Assembly (NCBI GenBank): GCA_030390025.1
Contig: CM059425.1
Location: forward strand, 175,400,001-175,464,000
Direction of reading: 5' to 3'
DNA from: Squalus acanthias
Lineage: Eukaryota
DNA length: 64,000 bases
The notes under the pieces were generated by a model. It worked only from the letters and a program-made list of their open reading frames with translations, made no database searches and was not told the DNA's origin. Positions within the stretch are counted from its first letter, which is position 1. The number at the start of each line of letters is the position of its first letter. The position numbers and the translations under genes are program-made. Shown one piece after another: positions 40,482-51,720 of this stretch.

Positions 40482-40658
40482 TAAATGTGAGAAGTCGCAC
40501 AACACCAGGTTATAGTCCAACAGTTTTATTTGAAATCACAAGCTTTCGGAGCGCTGCTCCTTCGACTTCACCTGACGAAGGAGCAGCGCTCCGAAAGCTT
40601 GTGATTTCAAATAAAACTGTTGGACTATAACCTGGTGTTGTGCGACTTCTCACATTTA
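40482..40658. repeat. Perfect 83-bp inverted repeat of a Penelope pseudo-LTR; outer end at 35822-35855
   Basis: Arms 40482-40564 and 40576-40658 with an 11-nt loop; ACTAAAAGAAA duplicated at 35811-35821 and 40658-40668. Confidence 0.9.
40568..40604 (+). ncRNA. Minimal type I hammerhead ribozyme (Penelope type)
   Basis: TCAC-CTGACGA-A-GGAGC(AGC)GCTCC-GAAA-GCT-T-GTGA: intact core, stem I, stem II, palindromic AGCT stem III. Confidence 0.8.
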
Positions 40659-41466
40659 CTAAAAGAAAGACAGACCTGCGTCTATATAACGCCTTTCACA
40701 AACTCAGGATGTCTTGAAGTGTTTTATAGCGAATAAAGTACTTTTGAAGTGTAGTCATTGTTGTAATGTAGGAAATACAGCAGCCAATTTATGCACAGCA
40801 AGCTCCCACAAACAGCAATGTGATAATGACCAGATAATCTGTTTTTTTAGTGATGTCGATTGAGGGATAAACATTGGCCAGGACACGGGGGATAACTCCT
40901 CTGCTCTTCAAAATACGTCGTCCAGTACTTCCCCGGAGCGGAGTAACTACGCCATGTTCTTCGCAGCCTTCAACATGTCATCGATGACGACAAACACCTC
41001 GCTAAGGCCATCCCCACGCCTCCACTACTTGCCTTCAAACAGCCGCCTAACCTCAGAAGTACCATCGTTCGCAGCAAATTACCCAGCTTTCAGGATCTGC
41101 GGGTAAGCGTTCTCCAAGGCGGCCTTCGGGATACACGACAGCGCAAAATCATAGAGCAGAAACTGATAGCCAAGTTCTGCACTCATGAGGATGGCCTCAA
41201 TCGCGATATCGGGTTCATGTCACGATACAGAACGTGACTTGACATCATGGCCGGTCTTTCCAGCTTTTTAAAAAAAAACTAACACAAGAACCAAACTCAA
41301 CTGCAGAGGATATGCAGCCAGCAGGTGTTTTGACACGTTGGACCCCCTGGGACACATCTCATTGTCTTGGCTGTGCTCTTAGTGTGTCTTTGATGTAGGG
41401 AAAGATTTGAATACATTTTTTCTGTGTTTATATTGTGAATTCTGGGAGATTCTCTCACAGCTACTC

Positions 41467-41502
41467 TACCTGAGGAAGGGGCGACAGCTCCGAAAGCTTG
41501 TA
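41467..41502 (+). ncRNA. Minimal hammerhead ribozyme, second copy
   Basis: TAC-CTGAGGA-A-GGGGC(GACA)GCTCC-GAAA-GCT-T-GTA. Confidence 0.65.
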
Positions 41503-41589
41503 ATTTTAAATAAATCTGTTGGACTATAACCTGGTGTTGTGCGACTTCTCATTTTTGTCCACCCCAGTCCAACGCCGGCATCTCCACAT

Positions 41590-42055
41590 CACAAGCTTTC
41601 AGGATAACAGCGACCACGACACCACACAACCCTGCCACGGCAAACTCTGCAAGACATGCCAGATCATCATCACAGATACCACCATCACACGTGAGGACAC
41701 TACCCATCAGGTACATGGTACATACTCATGTGACTCGGCCAACGTTGTCTACCTCATACGTTGCAGGAAAGAATGCACCGCGGCATGGTACATCGGCGAG
41801 ACCATGCAGACACTGAGACAACGTATGAACGAGCACCGCGCAACAATCGCCAGGCAGGATTGTTACCTCCCAGTCGGGGAACACTTCAGCAGTCAAGGAC
41901 ATTCAGCCTCGGATCTGCGGGTAAGCGTTCTCCAAGGCAACCTTAGGAACACACGACAACGCAAAATCATCGAGCAGAAACTGATAGCCAAGTTCCGCAC
42001 TCATGAAGACGGTCTCAACCGGGATCTTGGGTTTATGTCACGATACATGACGTGA
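41590..42055 (+). pseudogene. Penelope GIY-YIG endonuclease domain
   Basis: CGKLCKTC-like motif, NVVYLIRC, WYIGET, LRQRMNEHR, PVGEHF, EQKLIAKF, GLNRD. Confidence 0.92.
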
Positions 42056-42384
42056 TCCGGACTCGAGTCGTCGTTGGCTTGTTCACAGATGTGATTCCCA
42101 GTAAAAAAGTAAAAATTTTCCCAGTAAAAAAGTAAAAATTTTAAAGCTTATCGTTTTACATACAGACGGCAGCTTTTGACACGTTAGACCCCCTGCGACT
42201 CCACCTCATTGTCTCAGTTGTATCTTGCTATGTCTTTGATGTGGTACCTTCCTGGCTGACCTGATTAACTTTATCACACCTCGGCAGATAGTCAGGATGA
42301 TTTAATTTAGTTGTCTGCAATTGTAAGGTACACATGCATTGTTCTCTATCTATATATGCTTTGGCGATTCTGTATCTTTTTACT

Positions 42385-42423
42385 TCACCCGACGAAGGAG
42401 TAGTAAGCTCCGAAAGCTTGTGA
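42385..42423 (+). ncRNA. Minimal hammerhead ribozyme, third copy with a core mutation
   Basis: TCAC-CCGACGA (T>C in the CUGANGA core)-A-GGAGT(AGTAA)GCTCC-GAAA-GCT-T-GTGA. Confidence 0.55.
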
Positions 42424-42639
42424 TTTCAAATAAAACTGTTGGACTATAACCTGGTGTTGTGCGACTTCAAAATAGTGCCATGGGATCTTTTAAGTCCACC
42501 TGCAAAAGCAGACAGAGCCTCGGTTTAACGTCTCATCCAAAAGATGGCACCTCCAACAGTGCAGCACTTCCTCGGTACTGCACTGGAGTGTCAACCTAGA
42601 TTTTGTGCTCAAGTCTCGTGGAGTGGGGCTTGAACCCAC

Positions 42640-42670
<31 letters not shown>

Positions 42671-44380
42671 AATTGAGCCATGGCAGCCAGAACTCTGGCA
42701 GCAACTCATTGAAGTGTGTTTTAACTGAACAATCCTGCATTAACAGTCATGTCCAACGCCTATCTCCGTCCTCCCACCCTCCAATAATCGACTTTACTAC
42801 TTTACTAGCTTACACAAAAACCTACACACGATCACCCAGGTGTGAGCTCAAAGTGCCTGCCTTAAGTGACCTCATACCTATTCTAGTGCTCCTATGGAGT
42901 GCTCCCCAATAACTTCAGCATAGGAGAGGGAAGGCTGCTGTGGCTCAAATGGGGGCTCTTGAGTTACTAATGGTCAGCCAAATTAGGAGCTTGGGCATGA
43001 GAGGGCCAACTGCAGCATCTTGGTAGCTGCCAAGGGCAGTCTGCCCCAGCTGGCACTACAACCAGTTTGATAGGCTAACTGGGTGGGCATTAGTTGGGGG
43101 TGTAGCATAGGTGCTGTCATCTTGAGAGAAGGCAATGTGTTCCACTCCCATTGCACTATCTGGCTGCGGCTCAGCATTCCCACCGATCTGTGGGAGAACA
43201 GACTAGGAAATCCATAATCTGACTGAAGCACCTGTCCATTTGGTCTTCCAGCCTGTCCAAGGCAGAGGAGGTAGTGGAGCTCAATGTCTGCATAGCCCCA
43301 TTGTGAGCATCCCTGGCAGATGCTATTTACTGGTGCCGTAGACACCTACAAGGAGTACCTAGCTGCAGCATACATTGAGATGATCATATATTGTATGGTT
43401 GACTGCAGAGTGTTGATGCTATGCATCAGAATCCCACACCATGTTGCTGTAGCTCCCTGGCAGGTTGTTCAATACACTGAGCAATTGTTGGTATACAGAA
43501 AGCATTTTTCTTTTGATGGCTGGGCTCCTAAAGTCTGCATCTCTGTCCTTTCCAGCAGAGGTGCGACACAGACAGCCTCCAGCAAGCCATTTTCTGGGCT
43601 GTCCTTCCTACTTGCATCTGCTCCACTCACTTGTTCTCTGTGAATCACTCTGTGCAGACCCCTCCATACCACCCGGGGTGTAAAATTTCTGTATTGGTGG
43701 TTGTGTGGCTACAGAACCTAGAAAAAGCACAGAACGAGAAGTTAGTATGTAATGGCAAGGGTAAGCAGTAGCAAATGGGTGGCAGTGCAGATGGTGTATG
43801 TGTGAGCTAACGAGTTAAATGGAAAGAGAAGGAAAGAAGAAAATGCCCAAATGCCCTGCTGTGCGTGGCATCCAGCCTCGCTATCTCCAATGCTGCATGT
43901 CCTCCCTCTAAAGTCAAAAGGAGAAAAATTCTGTTGGTTAGCGCCTCCGGGGGGGTGCTAACAACTTATCGCCCGAGCGTGACGATTTTAGCGCTGCCCG
44001 CGAAATTGACCTGGTGGTTTGCGGTGGCACTAAACACTACCGCCATGATCTCCTGCGCCTGGAGATTACGATGTCATCCAAGCGCATAGCGCCCCGGACC
44101 GGAAATTGAATCTCGCCCCCTGCCTCAGCGCCTGGCGCTAGGAATGACAGGTAGAGGGGGACGGTTTGCAGTCGGCTGGGAGCTGGGGGAGCGCTGTTTA
44201 AAGGTGTGCGCTTCCTGCTTTTTCCTGTTGACAATCAATTCTGCATACGCAGGTTGAGAGAGGGAGAGAGCCGTCTGGAGACATTTAACGCTATCCTACT
44301 TGAAGGAGTTTTGCTCGTCAGCAAGACTTTTCAGTTTCCCATTTCTGTAAGCATTATTACTACCACATTTAGAAGATTTA

Positions 44381-45542
44381 ATGGGGGCTGTACTAGCACG
44401 GGGCCTCGTCCTCCAGCTTCACCGACGGAGGCAGCGGAGGCGGAGAGAGAGAGTGGAAAACGTGGCCAGAGGGAGGAGGGCCACCAGGGCTCTGCACAGG
44501 AGACCTCACCCTCCACGGGTATTCCAGGAGCAATTTTCATACATTAATCTGTCTGAGGAACCGTGTTTTAGAAGGCTCCGCTTCAGCAAGGAGGTGGTCA
44601 CCGAGCTCTGCCACCTCCTGCAGCCAGAGCTCCAGCCTCAGCTCAGGACCAGGATGTCTCTGTTGGTGGCAGTAAAGGTGACAGTGGCTCTCAATTTCTA
44701 TGCCAGCAGCTCCTTCCAGGCTTCAACGGGGGATATTGTGAACATCTCCCAGTTTGCTGTCCATTGTTGCATCCGGGAGGTCACAAATGCACTCTACAAA
44801 AGGAGAAGGGAGTACATCTCATTCTCCATGACCCAAGACAAGCAGCATGAACGCACATGTGGCTTCGCTAGGATAGCGGGCTTCCCCATGGTTCAGGGCG
44901 CCATTGACTGCACGTACGTGGCATTGCAGGCACCTCATCACAATGCAGAGGTGTTCCGCAACCGCAAAGGCTACCACTCTGCACGTTCAGTTGGTGTGCG
45001 ACCACAGACAGCGCATCTTCGCCATCAATGCCCCCTATCCTGGCAGCAGCCACGATGCATTCATCCTGCGCCAGACTGGTGTCCCAGACCTTTTCCAACC
45101 ACCGCATCAAGCCCATGGCTGACTCCTTGGGGACAAGGGTTATCCACCCTGCACCTGGCTGATGACACCGCTCCGTAACCCCAACACTCCTGCTGAGCTC
45201 GCATACAATGAGAGCCATAGCACCACCAGGAACCTCACTGAACAGACGATCAGCGTGCTGAAGCAACAGTTCCGGTGTCTTGACCACTCTGGAGGAGCCC
45301 TGCAGTACTCCCCTGATCGAGTATCGATTTTCATTGTTGTGTGCTGCATGCTTCACAACCTGGCCATTCCGAGGACCCAGCCATTGCCACCAGGGATTGG
45401 TGGACAACCTCAGGAAGAGGGAGAGGAGGAGGAGGGAGAGGAGGAGGAGGAGGAGGATGAGCAGCAACAACGTGGGAGGGAGGCGCTCAATGTTGCTTCT
45501 GCAAGGGCTGTTCGTGAACGCCTCATAAGACAACTCTTCTGA
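44381..45542 (+). pseudogene. Harbinger (HARBI1-like DDE) transposase
   Basis: [50 protein letters not shown]; frameshift near 44980 and TGA at 45120-45122. Confidence 0.92.
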
Positions 45543-45848
45543 TGAATGAAAGAGAAGATGGCTTTTGGGATCAACAAGCACATCATTACAGCCATCCCAC
45601 AGCCTCTATTACCGGACAAAGTTCCAATGAGTAACATGAGGAAATTTGTAATGTTTCAATAAAAAAAATTATTTTTCTGAGCAACTGTCTTATTAAGCAC
45701 AACCAATAACAAACAAACACAACAATTCATTAACAAACAAAACTGGTTCTTACCACATCAAAATAAGTCTTAACAGAGTGAACAGTATATTTACATACAC
45801 ACCCAACTTTGGTACAAACACTCACCCCATATGTTCGAAAAATGTTAG

Positions 45849-46950
45849 TTATTCGGCCTTCTTCAATGATCTTCCTCCCCTTCGCACTTCCCCCCTTCCA
45901 ACCCTACTGCTCCTCCGTAATGTGGCCCCAATGGCTGCAGCAAGGCTGAAGGAAGGCTGCTGAATCTCGGATTCAGAGACTGCAGGTGGCCTTGAAGGAT
46001 GACCTCGACCAGCTCTGGGCCTAGAGGGCCCGGCTGCAGACTGCACCAACTCTGCATAGGTGGCAGCAGTCTGGGCTGGCTGTGTTACAGGCTGTGGCAA
46101 GTGCAATGGCGGAGTGGCAGTGGTGGCAGCAGGAATGCTGTCATCCGGAGAGAGGACAGCACCTTCCTGCTCGACCGACACACTGCCACTCCCCGGGGCA
46201 GAACCTCAGCATTCGGAGCAATCTGCTCGAGCACAGATTGCTAGCCTGCTGCGACACCGTGAGAGCCCCGGTGGACTGTGGGCGACTCCGACAATGGCAG
46301 CAGTCAGCGCTTGCGTGGCATCAATCTGAGACTGCATCAGAGCAGTCTGAGATTGGATGGCACCAACCAATAACTCGATTCCAGCACTAAGCCATTGCGT
46401 TGCCTCAGTCTGTGCTGCAAACGATGCTGCCACCTCACCCATTACATGCGGCATGGGGTCTGGGTCCCCACGGTCTCTCTGCAAGTCAACCATCCTCTGC
46501 AACGAGGCAAGGATGGGTTTGAGGGATTGCACACAGATGACAGCTGTGCTAGTGGCGGACTCCTCCACGCTCTCCTAGCCAGTGCACCCTTGCCATTGCA
46601 CCCATGAGCTCAGTATGTATGCTCATCACCTGAGTATTCATCGCCCCGATATCGAGGTCCTCATCCGAGTCCTATGCAGCAGAACTCATGCGCGCACTCA
46701 CCCTCCGGGGAGATGGTCCCCGAGCTTCCCTTTCCCCATGGCATTGCTGCAGCCCGCTGGGTTCCGGAGCTTCACCCACAGCAGAGCCATTTCCTCTCCT
46801 CCCCTCCAGTGACCGTGTGGCCCCAGTATCGGATGTCTCGCCCTCGGGAAACGCAGGCGGTGAGGCTCTGGCTTGGTGTTCCTCCTCCTCTCTCGCATCG
46901 CTGCCACTGGGAGGCTGAGGAACAGGCTGGTCAGATGGTGGCTCACTATC
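45849..46950 (-). pseudogene. Harbinger ORF2 C-terminal exon (Myb domain apparently deleted)
   Basis: Minus-strand ctttcag acceptor near 46950; low-complexity and coiled-coil ORFs 46206..46568 and 45849..46181 ending in AGPSRPR...RGG. Confidence 0.6.
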
Positions 46951-48239
46951 TGAAAGCAGGAAGGCACAAGAGTGGCTTTAACGTGGGGGCAGGAAGGGAG
47001 CAAGGAATGGAGACAGACAGTATAGTTAGATGGAAAGTGGGAAAGGCTCGTATTGTGAGGGGGAAGTGGTATGAGAGAGGAGAGAGAGATGATGAACATA
47101 CTGTTGCTGTACCCAAGGCAAATGTCGCGCTTGATTTAGTGCTCCAAACACCTCCAGGGGCGCTGGAGATGAATTTCCCCGTCGCCGGCGATAATTTGCG
47201 CCAGGCGCTAAATTTTGAGCCTGCCCAATATTAGCGCCCCAAAATGGTCGATACCGAATTTTCCCCCCAAAGTTTGTAATGTAGCCTCTGTTCTTGAAGT
47301 CTGCTTCTGAATGTGTGCCAGCTTCTCCTGCAGAAAGAATGGGAGTGGGTTAGTGTATGCCCTGTTGCAGGGTTCTGAAGATGTGTAAGGCAGCTTAATA
47401 TAGTGCTGATGCTTAGTGGAAGAAGCAGCAAGTGTGGATAAGAGGGGAAAGTTGTTGTGAGGGTAGTAGCAGGCATTCAGTATGTGAGTGCAAACAGAAG
47501 GCGGTGTAGTGGTGTCCCATTATGATTTGAGGAGAGGCTTGTGAAGTGTTCATGCTGGGGCTAAAGTGTGGTGTTGCAGAGCTGTGAAGAGGAGTCTTAC
47601 CTTGGCAATACTGGTAAGCTCATTACATTTCTTCCTGCACTGCAGCTAGGAACTAGGACTTTTTTAAAAATAAGACCCCAACACTATAATCGATCGGGCC
47701 TCCCACCTATATCATCGGGTAGGTGGGAGGGCCCATAGCCCACCCAATCTCCACTCCACACCAAAATTGACCCCAATATCTCCAAAAATCATAAATGGGC
47801 ACTCCAAGATTATATGAACTAAAGTAAATTTTGATTTATATGCAACTTGTCAAATTCTCCCTTTTACATTCTATTCGATATAAAATAGCTATAATATATT
47901 TGCTTGTAATTTGGATTAACCTTGGCTTTGTATTAAGGGATGCCTGAATGCTGACTACAAATTCCTTTCAGAATGGAACATTAAGACTCGAAATATCCAC
48001 GGAGCTGCTCCCACTCTGTGGATGTAACTTCACCAGAAGTGTAGTTGAAATTCTGTCTACATGTGTAAATGGAGTTTCCGCTGCACTTCCAGTGAAGTTA
48101 CAATGGCAGAATGAGAGCAGCTCTGAGGAAATTCCTGGCCTAACATTGGTAGGCTTCCCCTATCTGCACTGAAGCTATACATGGTGCACTAACTATGGGG
48201 GAAGAAAGTGGTTATCCTCAGATACAAACTGAGGTCTGT

Positions 48240-48577
48240 CCATCCAGACCTTGAATCTATCTCTGTAACTACCTTCAGTGCTATAGCACCCCACCCCCTG
48301 CCCTCTGTGTTCCTCTTGCACATCCCCATGCTCTTTGCTCCACCATTGTCGGCACTGCCTTCAATCACCTGGGCTCTATGCTTTGGACTTTCCTCCCTAA
48401 ACCCCTCTGCCTCTCAGCATTCCCCTCCTCCTTTAAGACCCTACTTGAAAGCCACCTCTTTGATTAGGCTTTTGGTCACCACTCCTTCTTTGGCTTGGCG
48501 TGCCTTCTTTCTTTGTCAGTGTGAAGCACCTTGGGGTGTTTTTAGACATTAAAGGCGCTATCTAAATGCAAGTTGTA
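48240..48577 (+). mobile_element. L2 LINE 3' end
   Basis: Tail TTAAAGGCGCTATCTAAATGCAAGTTGT; similar to 17050-17335. Confidence 0.75.
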
Positions 48578-48921
48578 CAAGAATAGAAAAAATAGCATTT
48601 TTGTAAACTTCAATTAATGTTGGTGAAACGATGCAGATGGCAACTAAAATTTGTGACTTTGTAATTAATGGTTTTAAAATCAAATGGAAGCAGGTATAAT
48701 TTCATATGACGGCTGTGTAGGAATGAATAATGTGTCTCTCACACCAAAACACCTATTCGGATTGGAAATTCAGCTTCCAGTATTGTCGTGATACAGGCAA
48801 TTGCTTAAGGCAAAAGTTGCAGACCCCAATGCCAATTCCTGCCTTAAATTACTCCCACAGAAGACCAGCTGAATATTAAGAACATGAGTCCGAAAACAAG
48901 TAAATCCTTCTCTCGACCTGT

Positions 48922-49163
48922 ATCATAGAAACATAGAAAAACAGGAGCAGGAGTAGGCCATTCGGCCCTTCAAGCCTGCTCCGCCATTCAATATGATCAT
49001 GGCTGATCCTCTATCTCAATACCATATTCCCCATACCCCTTGATGCCTTTTACGTCTAGAAATCTATCTATCTCCTTCTTAAATATATTCAGTGACTTGG
49101 CCTCCACAGCCTTCTGTGGTAGAGAATTCCACAGGTTCACCACCCTCTGAGTGAAGAAATTTT
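48922..49163 (-). mobile_element. CR1 3' end
   Basis: NFFTQRVVNLWNSLPQKAVEA; (TTCTATG)n-type tail. Confidence 0.85.
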
Positions 49164-49905
49164 TATCAATTTTTATAGATCTGTCCACCGCGCTTGCAAA
49201 GAACTAAAAGACCTTCAATAATATCAAATTTACTATCTGCTACTGAGGCATCAGATGCTGGATGATTTACCCTCCCCATCCTCCAGCCATACTCAAAATT
49301 CTGAAGGAAGATGCTTAATTTCTCTTCGCCATTCCTGAGTCATTGTACTATAAAGGCCTTGGGATGGCATTGACTAGGGGCTAATGTTCTGTGGGCTCAC
49401 AGCTTCCTGCAAAGCAGAAATGTATCTATCGTACCATCGAGGAAAACTCCACCCTCTTATCCTGGTACGTGGCAACAATAGTCCAGAGAGGGAGTAGGAC
49501 GCAGACACACAGCTCCCTGCAAGGACAGCAGGAAACCCCACCTTAAACGCATCAACATGCAAGCCTCGTGAAACCCGCCAGCTAATGGAAGGCGAGGACT
49601 ACTAGATCCAGGAGGTAAGTGCCTTTACACTTACCTCCTGGATCCAGCGTCCCTGCCTCACCCACCCCCCCGCCATAGGAGAACCTCCCCACGAGGCCTC
49701 CAATCCCCCCCCCCCCCCCAGGCCTCTGATTTTCCCCCCAAGCTCTTCCGGCCCTCCGATGTTGTCTTTTGTTGGACAAAGGGAGGCATGGAAACTTCTT
49801 TGAGCCTTCCTGATAGCTGCTTACAGCTGTACTGCATCTGTCATTTGTGCCTGCTTGTTCATTGAACAATGCTGATCTGAGAGGAGCTATGGTTATCCCT
49901 ATGGC

Positions 49906-50067
49906 CAATGTTCCCCCTAATTTTTGTTTGGGTGCGCAGTCCCTTTAACGGATTGCGTGCCCATTCAAAATTTCATGCATATGTGAAATGTCCCATTAAA
50001 AGCTGGTGATTGGCATGTGTGGGACCTCCAGACAGCTGTGCAGCCACGCAGCTTAGCAGTAACATTG
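49906..50067. mobile_element. hAT-type MITE
   Basis: TIR CAATGTT...AACATTG; 8-bp TSD CCTATGGC / CCTGTGGC. Confidence 0.75.
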
Positions 50068-50280
50068 CCTGTGGCCATAACTTTCGATCTGCAGGCTCTG
50101 GAGGAGCACAAGGATCAGAGCTGGCATGCTCCATTAGAATGTGTCCTTATGTCACCACCCACATTTACATGGCAAGGCTATCTTATCTAGAAAAACCTGC
50201 ATGCAGAGACTAAGGCCCTGATTTTAACTCCAGGTGGATTCCCCACTCAGTTAAAATTACAGTCGGGTCTTAATGATGTC

Positions 50281-51050
50281 TGTAGGATAGAGTGTACCTG
50301 TAGGATTTAGTGAACATTATTAAGATTCTATAACCATTTTTATATAACTATAATATGTGAAATTGTATGTTAAAAACCTAAAAAGCCTGTATAAAATGGC
50401 GAATGGCTGAGACCAAAGCAGGATGGGAAAATTATACCAACCTGACTAAAAACCTCTGTTTTAAATTACTGAAGTAATGGAATGTGGTGCTAAGTAAACA
50501 CGAAGACTGTCAGGGACATGGAGTTCGGTAATGTTATGGAAGAGAGATAGGAGTTGGAGCCTTCATTTTAGAAACTGCAGAATAGACAAACACCTCAAGG
50601 ATGTTCTGTAAAGTGAAGTTCTTAGATAAGAGTATTTTGTTATGCACAGGAAGAGGCTTAGTGGAACTAACGAGGTCATAAGATGATTGACAAGGAAAGG
50701 AGGGGCATTTTCTAGGTGTTAGAAAGCTAATTATTGCCACGTAGGCAAAATGGAGGAACACAAAGTATAAATGAACAGCTATTGAACACTGAAAGCAGCG
50801 CGAAACCAGAGGATGAGAAGCTTCAGTCAACAGGACACAGCAAGAGAATAAAGAAACCGCGCCACAGTCACTCGGAAGGAACGCTGGGGTTCAATGAACA
50901 GACTGCGACTATCTTCTTGTTAAGTATTACTTCTTTGTACTGGATGTTTAATGCTTAATAAACCTGTTTTACTTATACACAATACACCTGTACCCAGAGT
51001 GGTTTGTGTAGTCACGGACAAATTATTCTAAAGAGCTTTTAAAAGCTTCA
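50281..51050 (+). mobile_element. 770-bp solo LTR (ERV-like)
   Basis: TG...CA; 4-bp TSD TGTC (50277-50280, 51051-51054); TATAAA ~50766, AATAAA ~50957; U5-terminal palindrome AGCTTTTAAAAGCT. Confidence 0.75.
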
Positions 51051-51149
51051 TGTCATTGGGCCACAACATGCATATGTAAAGAAGAACCCTTCTGGGTGCA
51101 TGTCCTTGCTGCCTGCTGAGGAGAGCAGGTTGAAATTGCAGTTGTTGCG

Positions 51150-51720
51150 ATCATGGCAGCTTTCGGACAGGGCGATTTTAATTGCCCACCCGCCAGGTTT
51201 CTGCTGAGTGAGTAGGGTTAAAATCGCCCCCAAAGATTCTAGAGGGAGGTCGTAACAGAACTATGTGCCCTTTTGTAGCCAAATGTGGGAACTGCTTCCA
51301 GAAAAGTGATGGCTCTGTCAGCGGCTGTGAAAGTAACAGCTATGTTGAACTTCCTGTGGCAAACTAGTTCCAAGCAATAGCGGGAGATCTCTGCTACATC
51401 TCCCAACCATATGTGCACATTTGCATCCTGACCCATTGTTTTATAGGGTCAGTGAATTCAATAAGTTTCCCTTTGCAAAGAAGCCAGCAGCAAGAAAGAA
51501 CTTTCCACTTCTACCTGTGTGGTAAGATTCCCCAGAGAGCAGGACATAATTGACTGTATTGATATGGCCATATGTGCCCCTAACCTCAATGCAACTCCGA
51601 CCTTGAACAGAGAGGGCTTCCTCTTCATGAATATGCATTTGTTCTGTCACCATAGCATTATGCATTTGAATGCTTATTACATTGCAGCTGCCGTGATTCA
51701 TAGTACCACCGTAGTATCAG
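51150..51720 (+). pseudogene. Old Harbinger transposase remnant containing a 62-bp mini-MITE (51170-51231)
   Basis: EVVTELCALL, AVKVTAMLNF and FPR...IIDC...AI remnants; GGGCGATTTT...AAAATCGCCC. Confidence 0.65.

Larger units (their letters stand above)
35856..40482 (+). mobile_element. Full-length CR1 LINE (frameshifted)
   Basis: 5' UTR, ORF1, ORF2 and (TTCTTATG)n tail at 40461-40482. Confidence 0.95.
40916..42464 (+). mobile_element. 5'-truncated Penelope-like element with partial tandem duplication
   Basis: GIY-YIG endonuclease; TSD CTTCAAAATA (40906-40915, 42465-42474); ~41090-41550 repeats ~41905-42464. Confidence 0.92.
40665..42688 (-). mobile_element. SacSINE1-like DeuSINE split by a Penelope insertion
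   Basis: tRNA head on the minus strand at ~42620-42688 (TGGCTCAATTGG, GGTTCAAGCCC); body 42465-42620 and 40665-40915; L2-type tail. Confidence 0.85.
43919..47268 (+). mobile_element. Younger Harbinger DNA transposon
   Basis: Imperfect TIR AGGAGAAAAATTC / GAATTTTCCCCCC; AAA TSD (43916-43918, 47269-47271); transposase on plus and a convergent second gene on minus. Confidence 0.88.
42690..47774 (-). mobile_element. Old Harbinger second gene (Myb/SANT-like) remnant and right end
   Basis: Minus-strand exon 47601-47642 QCRKKCNELTSIAK followed by GTAAG; next exon EKLAHIQKQTSRT...ALEIA split by the younger Harbinger; AAAATTGACCCC-type end near 47763-47774. Confidence 0.6.

Noticed and set aside
42620..42688. 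tRNA gene (also 24240-24325 and 31480-31570)
   Set aside because: A/B boxes continue into SINE or LINE bodies; no complete cloverleaf or terminator
44381..45542. Domesticated HARBI1 gene
   Set aside because: Flanked by TIRs and a TSD, has a convergent ORF2, and is disrupted by a frameshift and a stop
44868..45581. 237-aa minus-strand ORF with a Leu-rich stretch
   Set aside because: Antisense shadow of the transposase and its GAG-repeat acidic tail
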